In this document: positions 1-10,528 of the stretch, in pieces
Layout of the letters: every line of letters starts with the position of its first letter
Numbering within the stretch: position 1 is the first letter of the stretch
Assembly (NCBI RefSeq): GCF_038025025.1
Contig: NW_027117345.1
Location: 1,860,001-1,924,000 of the forward strand
Direction: 5' to 3'
Length of the DNA stretch: 64,000 nt
From: Phyllosticta citribraziliensis
Taxonomy: Eukaryota
Program-made: the position numbers and the translations under genes
The notes under the pieces: generated by a model
Told to the model about the DNA's origin: nothing
The model's input: only the letters and a program-made list of their open reading frames with translations
Databases searched by the model: none

Positions 1-1523
1 CACGAATGGCAATCAGCTATACCACTTTTGCGCCATACGACTGCTGCAGGAGAAACCAAAGGAAATCCGTCTTGGCAAAAAGACGGGCAAGAGTATCATT
101 TGGCATGCAAGGCAGATTTGTGGCATTGCGGCCAGCAACTCTCATCACGGCGCATGGGTGCGTATCACTAGCCCAACAGCATATTCGGCAACTAACTCAA
201 CCACTAGATCAATGGAATCCAGCCACTGTTCGTAGCAGGCAAGTTAATGAGCCATCCAAGCGAGCACCGCGCCATTCTCAAAGTCCTCAAACGCATCGAA
301 GAAGAGTGCGGCTGGGCGACAAAATGGAGAGCGGAGGAACTCCAAGAGCACTGGGGAACGGAGATGTGATCTCGAGGGGTAGGTTTGGTTCCTGCAGACG
401 AGAGTACGCCTATATGAAGTAGACTTTAACTGCGGAGGCCAATACGAGCGCCACGGGGAACCACGAGCGACCAAGAAAACGGGACAGTGGTTGGCATTGC
501 CAAACCAGACTTTCGGTATCACTCTCGAATGGCGCTGTTCGAATTTTCTTCTTCAGCCCTGCGACGCTGATGTCGACCCTGGCGATGCGAAATGCCTGCA
601 AGTCTCAGATGAATTCCGCGTAGGGCTCAGGGGCACTAATGCAAGACATACGCCGAGCAAAAGCCTAAGCAGAACAGAGGCTTGGTAGCAAAAGCCACGG
701 CACACACAACCTCCCAATCATACCACTCATGGACGCTTGAATGCTCCATATCACTACTCTCTTAGACTGTTGAATACTCCTGAGCACATGCTCATTCTAG
801 AGCGGCTTGAATGCATCCTGAGGGCGAGACTGATTCCCTGCTCTTATGTGTGCCACGAATTTTGTCACCAAGCCTCGAACTCTTTCAGCCGCAAGCTCAT
901 GCCCCAAATCTTACCGCTTTAGTGCGGTCGCCTCCAACGGGCTCCCACTCGAAAGATTTCAAGCGGCAAACACGTCGTCTGATCCACTCGCCCCGACATT
1001 TCGGGTCTTGAGCCGAGGTCTGTCTTGAAATTACTGCGACGAGCAAATAGTTTGCCCGCCAAAATTTAGCAACAATTTGAACCTTATACCGACATCCGAC
1101 TCCCACTCTCCCCCGTCGCTGCCGGGCTTCCGTATGCTTAACCTCTCCGCAGTCCCGGTCAAAAATGTACCGGTTTCTTCTTTCGTCGCTACCATGATCC
1201 TCTATGGTGCTCTCCTTCCGACTTAGTTACCAAACCGCTGTTCGCACGCGGACTCGTGCGCCGTTTCCCAGGCATCTCTCCAGAAAGTCGATTCTTCACT
1301 ACCGGATCTCGTCGGATATACCCGCCGCTGAGTCCGTCCCGAGCCGCGTCGACTTCCACCTCTTCCAGAAGGCGCCTTGGCCTTTTGCTGGCACAGGCAA
1401 ACCGCGTTGTTTCGTTTCGTCGACGAGAAAATAGTCCACAGCCGCTTTCCTTCCTTGTCGCTGCAGCTCATTGGCACTACCCGACCAAACTCACCACCCA
1501 CAATCACGCTCCTTACCGTCATT

Positions 1524-3469
1524 ATGCGCTCAAATCCGCTCTTTCACTTGCTCGTCCTCTTCGTCATCGTCACCCTTGCGACTGCACTCAAACCGCCTCA
1601 CCTCCGCGCTTCCAGACAAAAAGTGCGTCGCGCTGTTCCCCCTCAAACACCGCGCGACAATGTAAAGCGCGGCGTTCACCTCAACGAAAAGACTGAGCGA
1701 TTTAGAGTCGACGGGTCTGCTTTTCCAAATGTCACTGTTGGCTTCCCAGAGAGCTATGCCGGGCTGTTGCCCATTGACAAAGAGGATGGCCCAAAGCTTT
1801 TCTTTTGGTATGTGCCAAGTGAAAACACTGCCGCGACGGATGAGATTGTCATTTGGTTAAGTGTGAGTTTTCAAGCTGTCGAGGGCTCAAAGGTCAGCTG
1901 TTTGACAAGACGCTTAGGGTGGTCCGGGATGTTCTTCGCTGGCTGGCTGTAAGTGTTTTGATCTCGTTGCGTAAATCGGAATATGGGTCTTGGCATTGCC
2001 GACTTTTGCGGAAATGGTTTCGAGTTCTGCTGCAAGATGGCGGCGAGATGAGCCTGTACACTCGAAGCATTCGTCCCTTTGTACACTGCTAACGTTTCTC
2101 CAGTCTTCCGTGAAAACGGCCCCGTCACTTGGATGCCAGGAACTTACTTGCCCGTGAAAAACACGTGGGGATGGTCCAACCTAACTAACATGGTCTGGTA
2201 AAGTCGCCTGTACAGTACAATGCTACTACAAATCATCTTACACTTCACAGGATCGATCAGCCGCTGGGCACGGGTTTCTCGGCCGGCAAACCCACGGCCA
2301 AGGACGAGATCGATTTGGCAAAACAGTTCGCCGGATTCTGGAAAAACTTCATCGACACCTTCTCCCTGCATGGCCGCAAGGTCTACATTACTGGAGAGTC
2401 ATATGCCGGCCATTATGTGGCATATATTTCGGATCTCTTTATAAAGAACAACGACACCGAATACTACAACGTGAGCGGCATTGCGCTCTACGACCCGGCG
2501 ATCGGCTACCCTGGAATCGATGAGCAGGCGTCTATTATTCCATTCATCGACTACAACAAGGCATCCATCCCCTTGAACGACACCTACATGCAGCATTTGC
2601 GCGAAAAGTCCGCTAGCTGCGGCTTTGACGAATACATTGAATACGCGCTGCAATTTCCGCCACTGGGGCCTCTCAAGCTTCCCAAAGGGATTCTCGAGAA
2701 CGGCACCGTAGTACCCGAGTGCGACCTCTCCAGCGAAGCCATCAACGCGACGGCGCTACTGCATCCGTCTTTCAACGCCTACATTGTCGGGCAGCCGGGA
2801 CCGCTACAATGGGATGTTATGGGATTTCCGTACATCGACTATTACTTACCTCCGGGCTATGATAACCCCTACTTCAATCAAAGCGAAGTGAAGCGGCTGC
2901 TACACGTACCGGAAGACACGAACTGGGTCATCTGCGCCGAAGACCCCGTCTTCGCAACTGAAGACGGCAACGACGCATCACCACCGCCCGCCCTGCCCGG
3001 CGGGCCCTTCGCACGCGTCGCCGAACGCACGCGCAACGTCATCGTCGCGCACGGCGCGCTCGACATGGTGATCCACCTCAACGGCACGCTGATGACGCTG
3101 AACCAGCTGGAGTGGGGCGGCGCGCGCGGGTTCTCGCACCCCCCGACGCACCCCTTCTACGTCCCGTACCACATCGATGCGAACCAGGCCAGCTGGGCCG
3201 GCGCGGGGATCTTCGGCTCGTGGACCGCGGACCGCGGTATCACGTATGTGGGCGTGGCGCTGGCGGGGCATTTGTTGCCGCAGTATACGCCGTCGGCGGC
3301 GTTTCGCACGCTTGAGTTGCTGCTGAGGCGCGTTGCGAATTTGAGTGATACGGCGCCGTTTACGACGCCCGAGCAGCGCGATGTCAAGCAGCCGGATGTG
3401 CCGCTCGGCAGGGGCACGATTGTGGCGCAGAGTCAGAAGATTATACCTGGCCTCGGATATGGATTTTAG
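1524..3469 (+). CDS. Secreted serine carboxypeptidase (peptidase family S10), 4 exons
   Basis: Signal-peptide-like start [21 protein letters not shown]. Splicing (introns at about 1863-1918, 1950-2103, 2198-2250) joins the S10 motifs [36 protein letters not shown], catalytic GESYAG and C-terminal AGH. Stop at 3467-3469. Confidence 0.92.
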
Positions 3470-5774
3470 CGATGCTGCGGGGGTGGGCGGATGGGCAGAC
3501 AGACAAGAGGAGAGGAGGAAGTGTGTGTACTCTACATGTGCTGTGCTGTATTTGGTGGGAGCAGGAATACACTGTACGATTACCGCGGTGAAAGATCAAC
3601 CAACAAACCACATAATCCACTGAAGCGCCACCAGTGGCGTCGTGTGGCCTGGGTGCCCCGGACGAATGCTGCCTTCCCAAGCCCCCACCCCCTGAATCCA
3701 ATCACCCCCCTCCGCTCTCAATTCCACACGCAGCCTTGCCTGTGAGCATTCCATCCCCACCTCACACCCACAGCATCGCTCGAGTACCCCATCGCAAAAG
3801 AAAAGTGCCAAACAGACGTACCGTACTCAGATCCCCCTGTCGTTGGCCCTGCAGCGGAACGCTTCCTTCCCGCTCCGCCCCGCCCAGCCGGCCGGTCCGC
3901 CCGCCATGCCCGCGCAATCTCACATCCTTTTTGGGGGGGCCATTTAGCCAAGATAGCGAGCGGCGGCGGTGGCGGCTGCGGCGATCGATCTTCCGGGCTA
4001 TCTGTCAGCTGCGGGAGGCTTGGAGGCGCTGTCTTTGTGATAGAAACCAGTAAAGAGGCGCAAAGCCGCAACTTTGCGAGGGAGATTGATGAGTATGCTT
4101 GCCTCAGGTAGCCTGTGGTGCCTTTGATGGAAGGAGAGGAAGATGGGTTTTGACGTTAAGCAGCGAGAGCGAGAGGGGCGCCATGGCGCGTGCCGTAGAA
4201 TTTTCGCGAAGTGTTGTTTTGTTGTTTGCCAGAGAGGTCGTGTTTGGCGCGCGCGCGTGGGCTGGACCGATCAAGATGGTCCGACGATTTGCTTAGTGAT
4301 GCGCGTGGGCGCGCTCGCTTGTGGTGGCGCGAGGGCGAGTTGTCGGTTTGTTTGGGCGCGAGGTTGCGGAAGCGCGGATTGTTGTTGTTTTGGGCAGGAC
4401 ATCATGCATTCATGAGGTGCAGGCGCTGAAGAGATGTCCGTCGAAAGTGTCAGTGGACGTGAATTCAGACGCCAGAAGGCGCACAACCAAAGTTTTTAAG
4501 TATCCTATTATTGGAATAGGAGACGAAGGCATGAGAGCTAGTTGCTGGAGGTTTGCGCTGCGGCGACTCTGCTGTCTGTGCTGGCTGGCTGTCTTTCCGG
4601 GAGGTGGGCCATAGTGATGGCGAAGTTGAAGGAGCTGTAACCCATGTGCATTGTCCTGTCTCGGTGGAGGACGCGCCAGAAGATATGCCCAAGGCTACCT
4701 ACCTATTCCGTCAGCAACTCGAACTACCAAATACTCACCACTGACGCCACCTGACTGCAGGCGGTCGGCTGCACAGGCTTTCAGCACTCCATCAGAAGTT
4801 TCGCACTCCATTTGCGACCTTCCCTTTTCCTCCTCTCCAGCGTCGTCACCATGGACAAACTGTGAGTATCCCCACAACCTGAAGCTTGCGAAGCGAAGTT
4901 CCAAAAGCATTCTCTATTGCACACGCTTGAGCTTATCTGCATATCGCTTCTATATCAACATTGACCTCATCGCTGGTGCCGACGGCCCCGATCACGATGT
5001 CCCATCTGCCTCGCCTCTGCTCCCTGGTCGCAGCAGTGCTAGAGACTTTTCGCCCTGCCCTACCGTAGAGGAAATGCAGCTGCCATCAGAAGAATCTGAA
5101 GACGTCGAAGAAGAAGAGGGAGACGAAGAAGGAGAAGAAGAACAAGAGGAAGAGGAGGTAGACCAAAGTCTGGAGCACGAAGAAGCCCTCCTCAGAGCTC
5201 GGGCCAAGATCGATTGGCTCGCACGTTGGCAGCAAAGGCTGAGAGGCACAGCGAACAAAAGGGTCCAAGTCGTCCAAGTCCGCAAGTTAGTCCTTGACGC
5301 CTTCTTCTGGCAGGAGTAGTATACCCCCTAGAGGATCAACCCCCCAATCACTACACATATAGACACTTGAATGCTCCCAATTATTCATCTGTAACAGCGT
5401 ATGAATGCCCCTCATCAGTCTTCGTCTATTAGATTAGATTGTGTCCCAACATTCAATCAAGCCCTCGTGCAGTTTGGCTAAGCACTGCCACTGCAAACCG
5501 TTTTCACTGAAATGACCCAGGTCACCGCCCTTGGCAAGTTCCACGGCCGTACCTGATGCTTTTTACGCAAAGAAAGCATAGTTGGTAATGGAAAATCTGA
5601 GTGGCACAAAGACGCTATGCAATTCTTTTATGGAGGAACGCCACAACGCCTCGCTATGCAAAAATAGACTAGAAAGAAAGGGAGACAGGAAACAAGAAGA
5701 CGATTCTAGAATACAGTCTGCGCCGCCCCGACTTACTTACCTTTGTTGACACCATAGGATCCGATCCATCCGTC

Positions 5775-7754
5775 CTATTCCACAAACAGCCCGGCGTCCG
5801 ATTCCGAGTCGTCGAAGAAAGGGGGGTACATGGCATTGTTGCTGACGACTGCAGTAGACGGCTGCTGCTGCTGCTGTGGCGGCGGCGGCGGCGTGTAAGA
5901 GTTTGACTGGCCGAAAAAAGCCATCTCGGACGGGTACGCAGGAGCAGAGAAGACATGGTGCTGCTGAGGCTGAGCTGGCACCGACGGCGGAGGAGACGCA
6001 GCGGCAACATCGTTGTAAACGGGCACAGAGCCAGGCAGCGCAGCAGGGGCAGCATAGACAGACGACGTGGTCGAGAGCTTGCGGCGGCGACGGATACGAC
6101 GCCTCTCATACTCGCTGTCGTCGTCGCTGTCAAACTGGCTGTCGTGCTTCTTGCGCTTGCGCTGGACAGGCTGTCGGGCAGGCTTGCGCTCGGCCAGCTT
6201 GGCCTGCGCAAACAGGTCCAGGTCGCCCAGGTTATGCTGGATCTGCGAGAACTTTTGCGCGCGCGCCGCCAGCGCGTGCTTGGACGACGTCGCGCGGTTG
6301 GCCTCCTTGTCGCGGATCATGTGGAAGCTGAGGGTGCCCTGGTACCAGCCGTCGCCGCGGTGCTGCGGGTACGGCTCGTAGTCGTCGAGGAACTTGACCA
6401 GGCGCAGACCGGTTGCAGCGTCGGTTCGTTGGCGCCGGCACGAGTCGATGAAGCGTTCGGCAATGGCGCCAGATCGCTCGCCGGCGAGCGAGGCGTTGAA
6501 TTTGGACTTGGGCTCGCTTTGAAAGTGCCGCTGGTCCGCCATGACCTCGACGTTGTCGAGGCGGCAGATGTCGGGGAGGTCCATGAACTTTTCAAAGCAG
6601 TACAGATGGAAGAAGGCCGTCATCTTGAAGGGATCCACGCGCTGTCCGTACTTGAACGATTTTTCGTCGACGCAGACGCGGTAGTGTCCGGCAATCATGG
6701 TGCCATCGTTTCCAAGCACGTGTCTGACGGGACAATTGGCAAAGCGGCAGCGGTTCAGGGTGCTGGTTGGATAGCGTCTGGCCGAGTCGGCCGCACACTT
6801 TTGTATCCAGAGACGCAGTTTGCAGTCGGCGCTGACTGGATGCTGGTAGATGAATTGTTTGACTTGCTCCACCGAGTATGTTGGCATACTCAATTCGCCA
6901 TGTGGCGAGTACATGAATTGAAACAATTTGCTTTGCCACGGGCCTTGTGGATGCGCAAAGCTTTCGTACATTTGCTCGGGATCGTAGGTATTGATTTTGC
7001 CAGAACGGCGAGTTAACCCCACCGTGGTCTTGTTGATTCTGACCCACGAGTGCTTCAAATCGTGCTCGGGCTTTTCGAGCCCAAATTCGACTGTGTTGAT
7101 TGGAGCAGCGAACTCAGGGCTCTCGATACGAGAACGTGTTTGACGGTATTGGTTCGCCTGGATCTTGGGAGGGTTTGCAGTCGCCAAGGCCAGATTGGAC
7201 GAGCTATTTACAGTTGAGGTAGCAAATGGGGTTGTCTGATGATTTTGATGGTTTAGTTCGTAAAGAGAAGAAGTCAGCGTATCGTCCAAAACGCGGTCGG
7301 GACCGGAAGCTTCTACGGTCCCAGGGGTGGCAGCCAAGTATTGATTCTTGTACGGTACGGCTGCTTGTGTTTGCCAACTTTGTTGTTGAGCATGATTGTC
7401 GGTCGGCAATGCAAAGAGGTCGTTTGAGGGATTGGCAGCAACAAGACTGTCGAGAAAGTCTTGACTATTGCTCAACTCCGTGTAGCCGGGAAGTGCAATA
7501 GAATTATGAGTGTCAAGATTTGTTGCCAAGTCCGAATGATTCTCTGCCGACTGTGGTTGGTACTGTCCATCGAATGCTCCAGAAGGAAGGGAGACCAACT
7601 CATTGGATGAAGCGATGTCTTGTGTGCTGAACTGGGTGTCAAAAGTTGTATCGAAGGTGGAAAAATTAAAATCAGCAGGCCACTCGTTGAGAAAGTCATC
7701 AAAGTTGACATCCAAGGACGCTGAAGACTCGTTTTGCCGAAACTCTTGCGCCAT
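5775..7754 (-). CDS. Hypothetical protein (659 aa): acidic/Gln-rich N-terminus, central Cys/His-containing globular region, basic NLS-like patch
   Basis: Uninterrupted 659-codon ORF starting at ATG. Motifs CRFANCPVR, GHYRVCVDE, FFHLYCFE and QRKRKKH. No family recognised. Confidence 0.8.
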   Translation of the reverse strand: MAQEFRQNESSASLDVNFDDFLNEWPADFNFSTFDTTFDTQFSTQDIASSNELVSLPSGAFDGQYQPQSAENHSDLATNLDTHNSIALPGYTELSNSQDFLDSLVAANPSNDLFALPTDNHAQQQSWQTQAAVPYKNQYLAATPGTVEASGPDRVLDDTLTSSLYELNHQNHQTTPFATSTVNSSSNLALATANPPKIQANQYRQTRSRIESPEFAAPINTVEFGLEKPEHDLKHSWVRINKTTVGLTRRSGKINTYDPEQMYESFAHPQGPWQSKLFQFMYSPHGELSMPTYSVEQVKQFIYQHPVSADCKLRLWIQKCAADSARRYPTSTLNRCRFANCPVRHVLGNDGTMIAGHYRVCVDEKSFKYGQRVDPFKMTAFFHLYCFEKFMDLPDICRLDNVEVMADQRHFQSEPKSKFNASLAGERSGAIAERFIDSCRRQRTDAATGLRLVKFLDDYEPYPQHRGDGWYQGTLSFHMIRDKEANRATSSKHALAARAQKFSQIQHNLGDLDLFAQAKLAERKPARQPVQRKRKKHDSQFDSDDDSEYERRRIRRRRKLSTTSSVYAAPAALPGSVPVYNDVAAASPPPSVPAQPQQHHVFSAPAYPSEMAFFGQSNSYTPPPPPQQQQQPSTAVVSNNAMYPPFFDDSESDAGLFVE

Positions 7755-9118
7755 TTTGCTGTAGTGTGTGGTTCGGACAAGTAATCACCAGGATTGAGGC
7801 GTTGATCAACAACGAAGTAAAGAATGGACGTGTTGATCAACAACCACGGGATAAGCTGAAGTTTGCAAAGGAGAAAAATTTCTTGGTCAAGAGCAGACAT
7901 CAACATCGACATTATACAGGTACTTATAAAACGACAATTGAACTTCGCTGAACAACTCATGGCGTGCTCTTTGAATGAAAGAATCTATTATGGTTGCAGA
8001 GGCTAGAACGCCGCGCTGTGTGAACAAAGCAAGTGGAGAGGGCTTTTGGGATGAGCATGAGCCAAGCACAAAGAGCAGTCCGACTTGGGGTTTTCGGAGC
8101 GCGAACGTGGCCATTGGCGTCCGCCATGCTCCGAAAGAACAAGGCCAGCGAGTGGCATTTTCGAGACGCCTTGGCAAGCCGCAGGGACAGGATTCGAGAA
8201 GAAAGGCCTGGGATACAATTAGCAAGCTGATCAGCTAAGCTGTGTAGGTGTAATTGTCAAGAGGAAAAAACGGGATCAGAAGGTCTCCAAGCAGTGCTTC
8301 CACACGATGTTTCAGAACAGGTCTGTGAATTTGCTGGATCTCATCATGTTGATGTTGGGAGGGGCAGTGGGAGCGAATGAGGCGACTTACAAAGGTGGTG
8401 GACAGTCGCTTTGTCCTGTCGTGTCAAGTGTCAGTAAAGCATGTCGACTGAAGCGAAAGAAAGCCAAAGACATGCAGCCTCGTCATGGGAGGATGCAATG
8501 TCGGCATGTCCAATTCCGCATTCATGGAACGTTTGGTGGGTGGTCGAAGCAGGATTGTTGGCCGACGCGAAGGAAGTTTTATCCGAAGCGAACGCCGGAA
8601 CGGAAAAACTCGGTCGTCCTGGCGCTAACCAGATTGAGTCGTTGACCGCCAGACCACCTACGGAACCCCGTTTGGTACATATCATTTTCAAACCTTGCCT
8701 CGAATGTAAGGTAGGTGGACTGTGGATGAAGCCCCAGGACCATCCAAGATCTGGTGTTTTGAACTTTACCCTCTTCCTAAGCAAACCAGAGCCATCGTGA
8801 AGATATTACCCGAAGAGCATTTTGACCAGTAGCGCCCATGCTCCATGCTGTTTCTCAAATACGCCATTGCGCATCGACGCCCGATAAACTACAGAGCGAA
8901 GTTGACTCGAAAGAGCCTCATCTCCTGGGCAATGACTCGCCACCTTTTTCCCTGTCGACAGACGCGTCACCGTCCTTTGGAAAAGCTTCCAAGAATGACA
9001 TCTAGTCATCCATATCCATGAAGAGGTCAGATTTCAGCATGGCCGATGAGTCTCCGTCGCCGTTGGGCTCTGGAGACGTGCGAGGCGTGTGGAAAACCCT
9101 GCCATGGTCAGTCTAGCT

Positions 9119-10109
9119 TTAGGAAATTGGTTGCTCTGTCCAGTACAGGTGCTGCTCGAAGTACTCAATCAACTGCGTCGAGGTTAGCAAAACCGCCAAT
9201 ATCAACATTGGAGACGCTCACTTTCTGCGGACACTTCTGCTTGAGAAGGGCCATAGAGTGTTTTGTGCGTCGGTTCTTTGAGCCGTCTGTCCATGAGACG
9301 TAGGCATATCTTTCCATGTTGCCTGTCTTTTCATGGGGCTCTTGAACGATGGTGTCAATGGAAGCGATCTGCTTCTCCCAGCTGCCAGGCGGCAAAGCAC
9401 TCGACTCTTTCTCTTTCGATGGCATCGGCGCTTCTTCCTTAGGGGTCGCCGCGTCGGTTTCCTGGCCTCGGCCACTCTTCCTGCGACCCTTCGTCTCCTT
9501 GGCGACTGGAGTGCTCTGCGCACTCTGGTCCAACTTGCGTTTTTTTCCCCCGGGCCCAGACTTGGTGCCCATGTCGGCGTCCTTTCGCTTGCTCTTTGGG
9601 AGGTACTTGGGTTCAACACCGCCGCATTTCTTTTCCCAGTACTCCTTGAGCTGCTCGATCGGAGCGGGGCCGTCCATCAGGTTTTCTTTGGGCTCCCATG
9701 TCCTGTCCTCGAACTTGGGAAAACCCGCCCACATGATCTCGTATTTTATGTCGCGCTTTAGCTTTGTTAGCTTGCGCGCCGAGTGCGAATCGGTGGTGGA
9801 CTTGCATCTGCGTCATCATACAAGTGGTTGAGGACCCGTTCCACAGTGAACCTGAAAGACGCGTTAGCATGCTGGATGAAGTCGACCAGGGTTTTGCGAC
9901 GCGTACTCTTCCGCGTCCTCGTCTTCATCAACGTCTTCATCGTCCTCGTCTTCATCCTTTGCCGGCTTCTTCTTCTTGTTTGTCTTTTCGACCTCCTTGT
10001 AGGGTATATCGGTTTCGGAAGCAGAGGCCTCGTCCTCGGAGAGTGCGGCTGCGGGCGCGATATTAGCTCAAGCAAGTGAACGCGCTCCACGGGTAGACTT
10101 ACGCGGCAT
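9119..10109 (-). CDS. HP1: Heterochromatin protein 1 (HP1/Swi6-type chromodomain + chromoshadow domain), 5 exons
   Basis: Spliced product MPPALSEDE...EEFTVERVLNH...YEIMWAGFPKFEDRTWEPKENL (chromodomain with F/W/F aromatic cage) ...GSWEKQIASIDTI...YVSW...KCPQK|LIEYFEQHLYW (chromoshadow). Includes a GC-AG intron at 9756-9805. Stop TAA at 9121-9119. Confidence 0.9.
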
Positions 10110-10528
10110 GTTGAGCGCGACTGCGGAGGGTAGTGCTCAATTGGAATGATCAATGCTGAGGATGAAGACGGCAAGGTGCCCACGCGCTCAAGGCGTGCGA
10201 GGTGCCGGTGTTGAGGGTTGTGGGTTGCGGATTGCGGAAAGCTTGTCGCGGTGGAGTCGGAGCAGTGGTGTGGGTTGCACGCGCCCGCCTTCACCTCAAT
10301 CGGCAGCCGCGTCCGGCAAAACACCGGCGCCGGGCGATGTCATCGCGGGCGCTGGACCCGACTGCACGTCTCCCGCCAGATTTTCCACTTGTTCCGCAGC
10401 AACCCCCAGTCAACCCCTTACCCTTTCTCTGTCCGAGCGCTTTTACACATTGCGACACCTTCTCGACGCGTCTAAAGCTCCGGACACTGCGATTTTTTTG
10501 TTGACTGTCTCGGGCGACTCACGGCAAG

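Noticed and set aside
1..1200. Short ORFs on both strands at the window start
   Set aside because: No recognisable motif or consistent exon chain; may be a gene remnant but cannot be supported.
4651..5319. 222-aa ORF with a Glu-rich stretch
   Set aside because: No clear start or splice model and no family similarity; could be a small orphan gene but the evidence is too thin.
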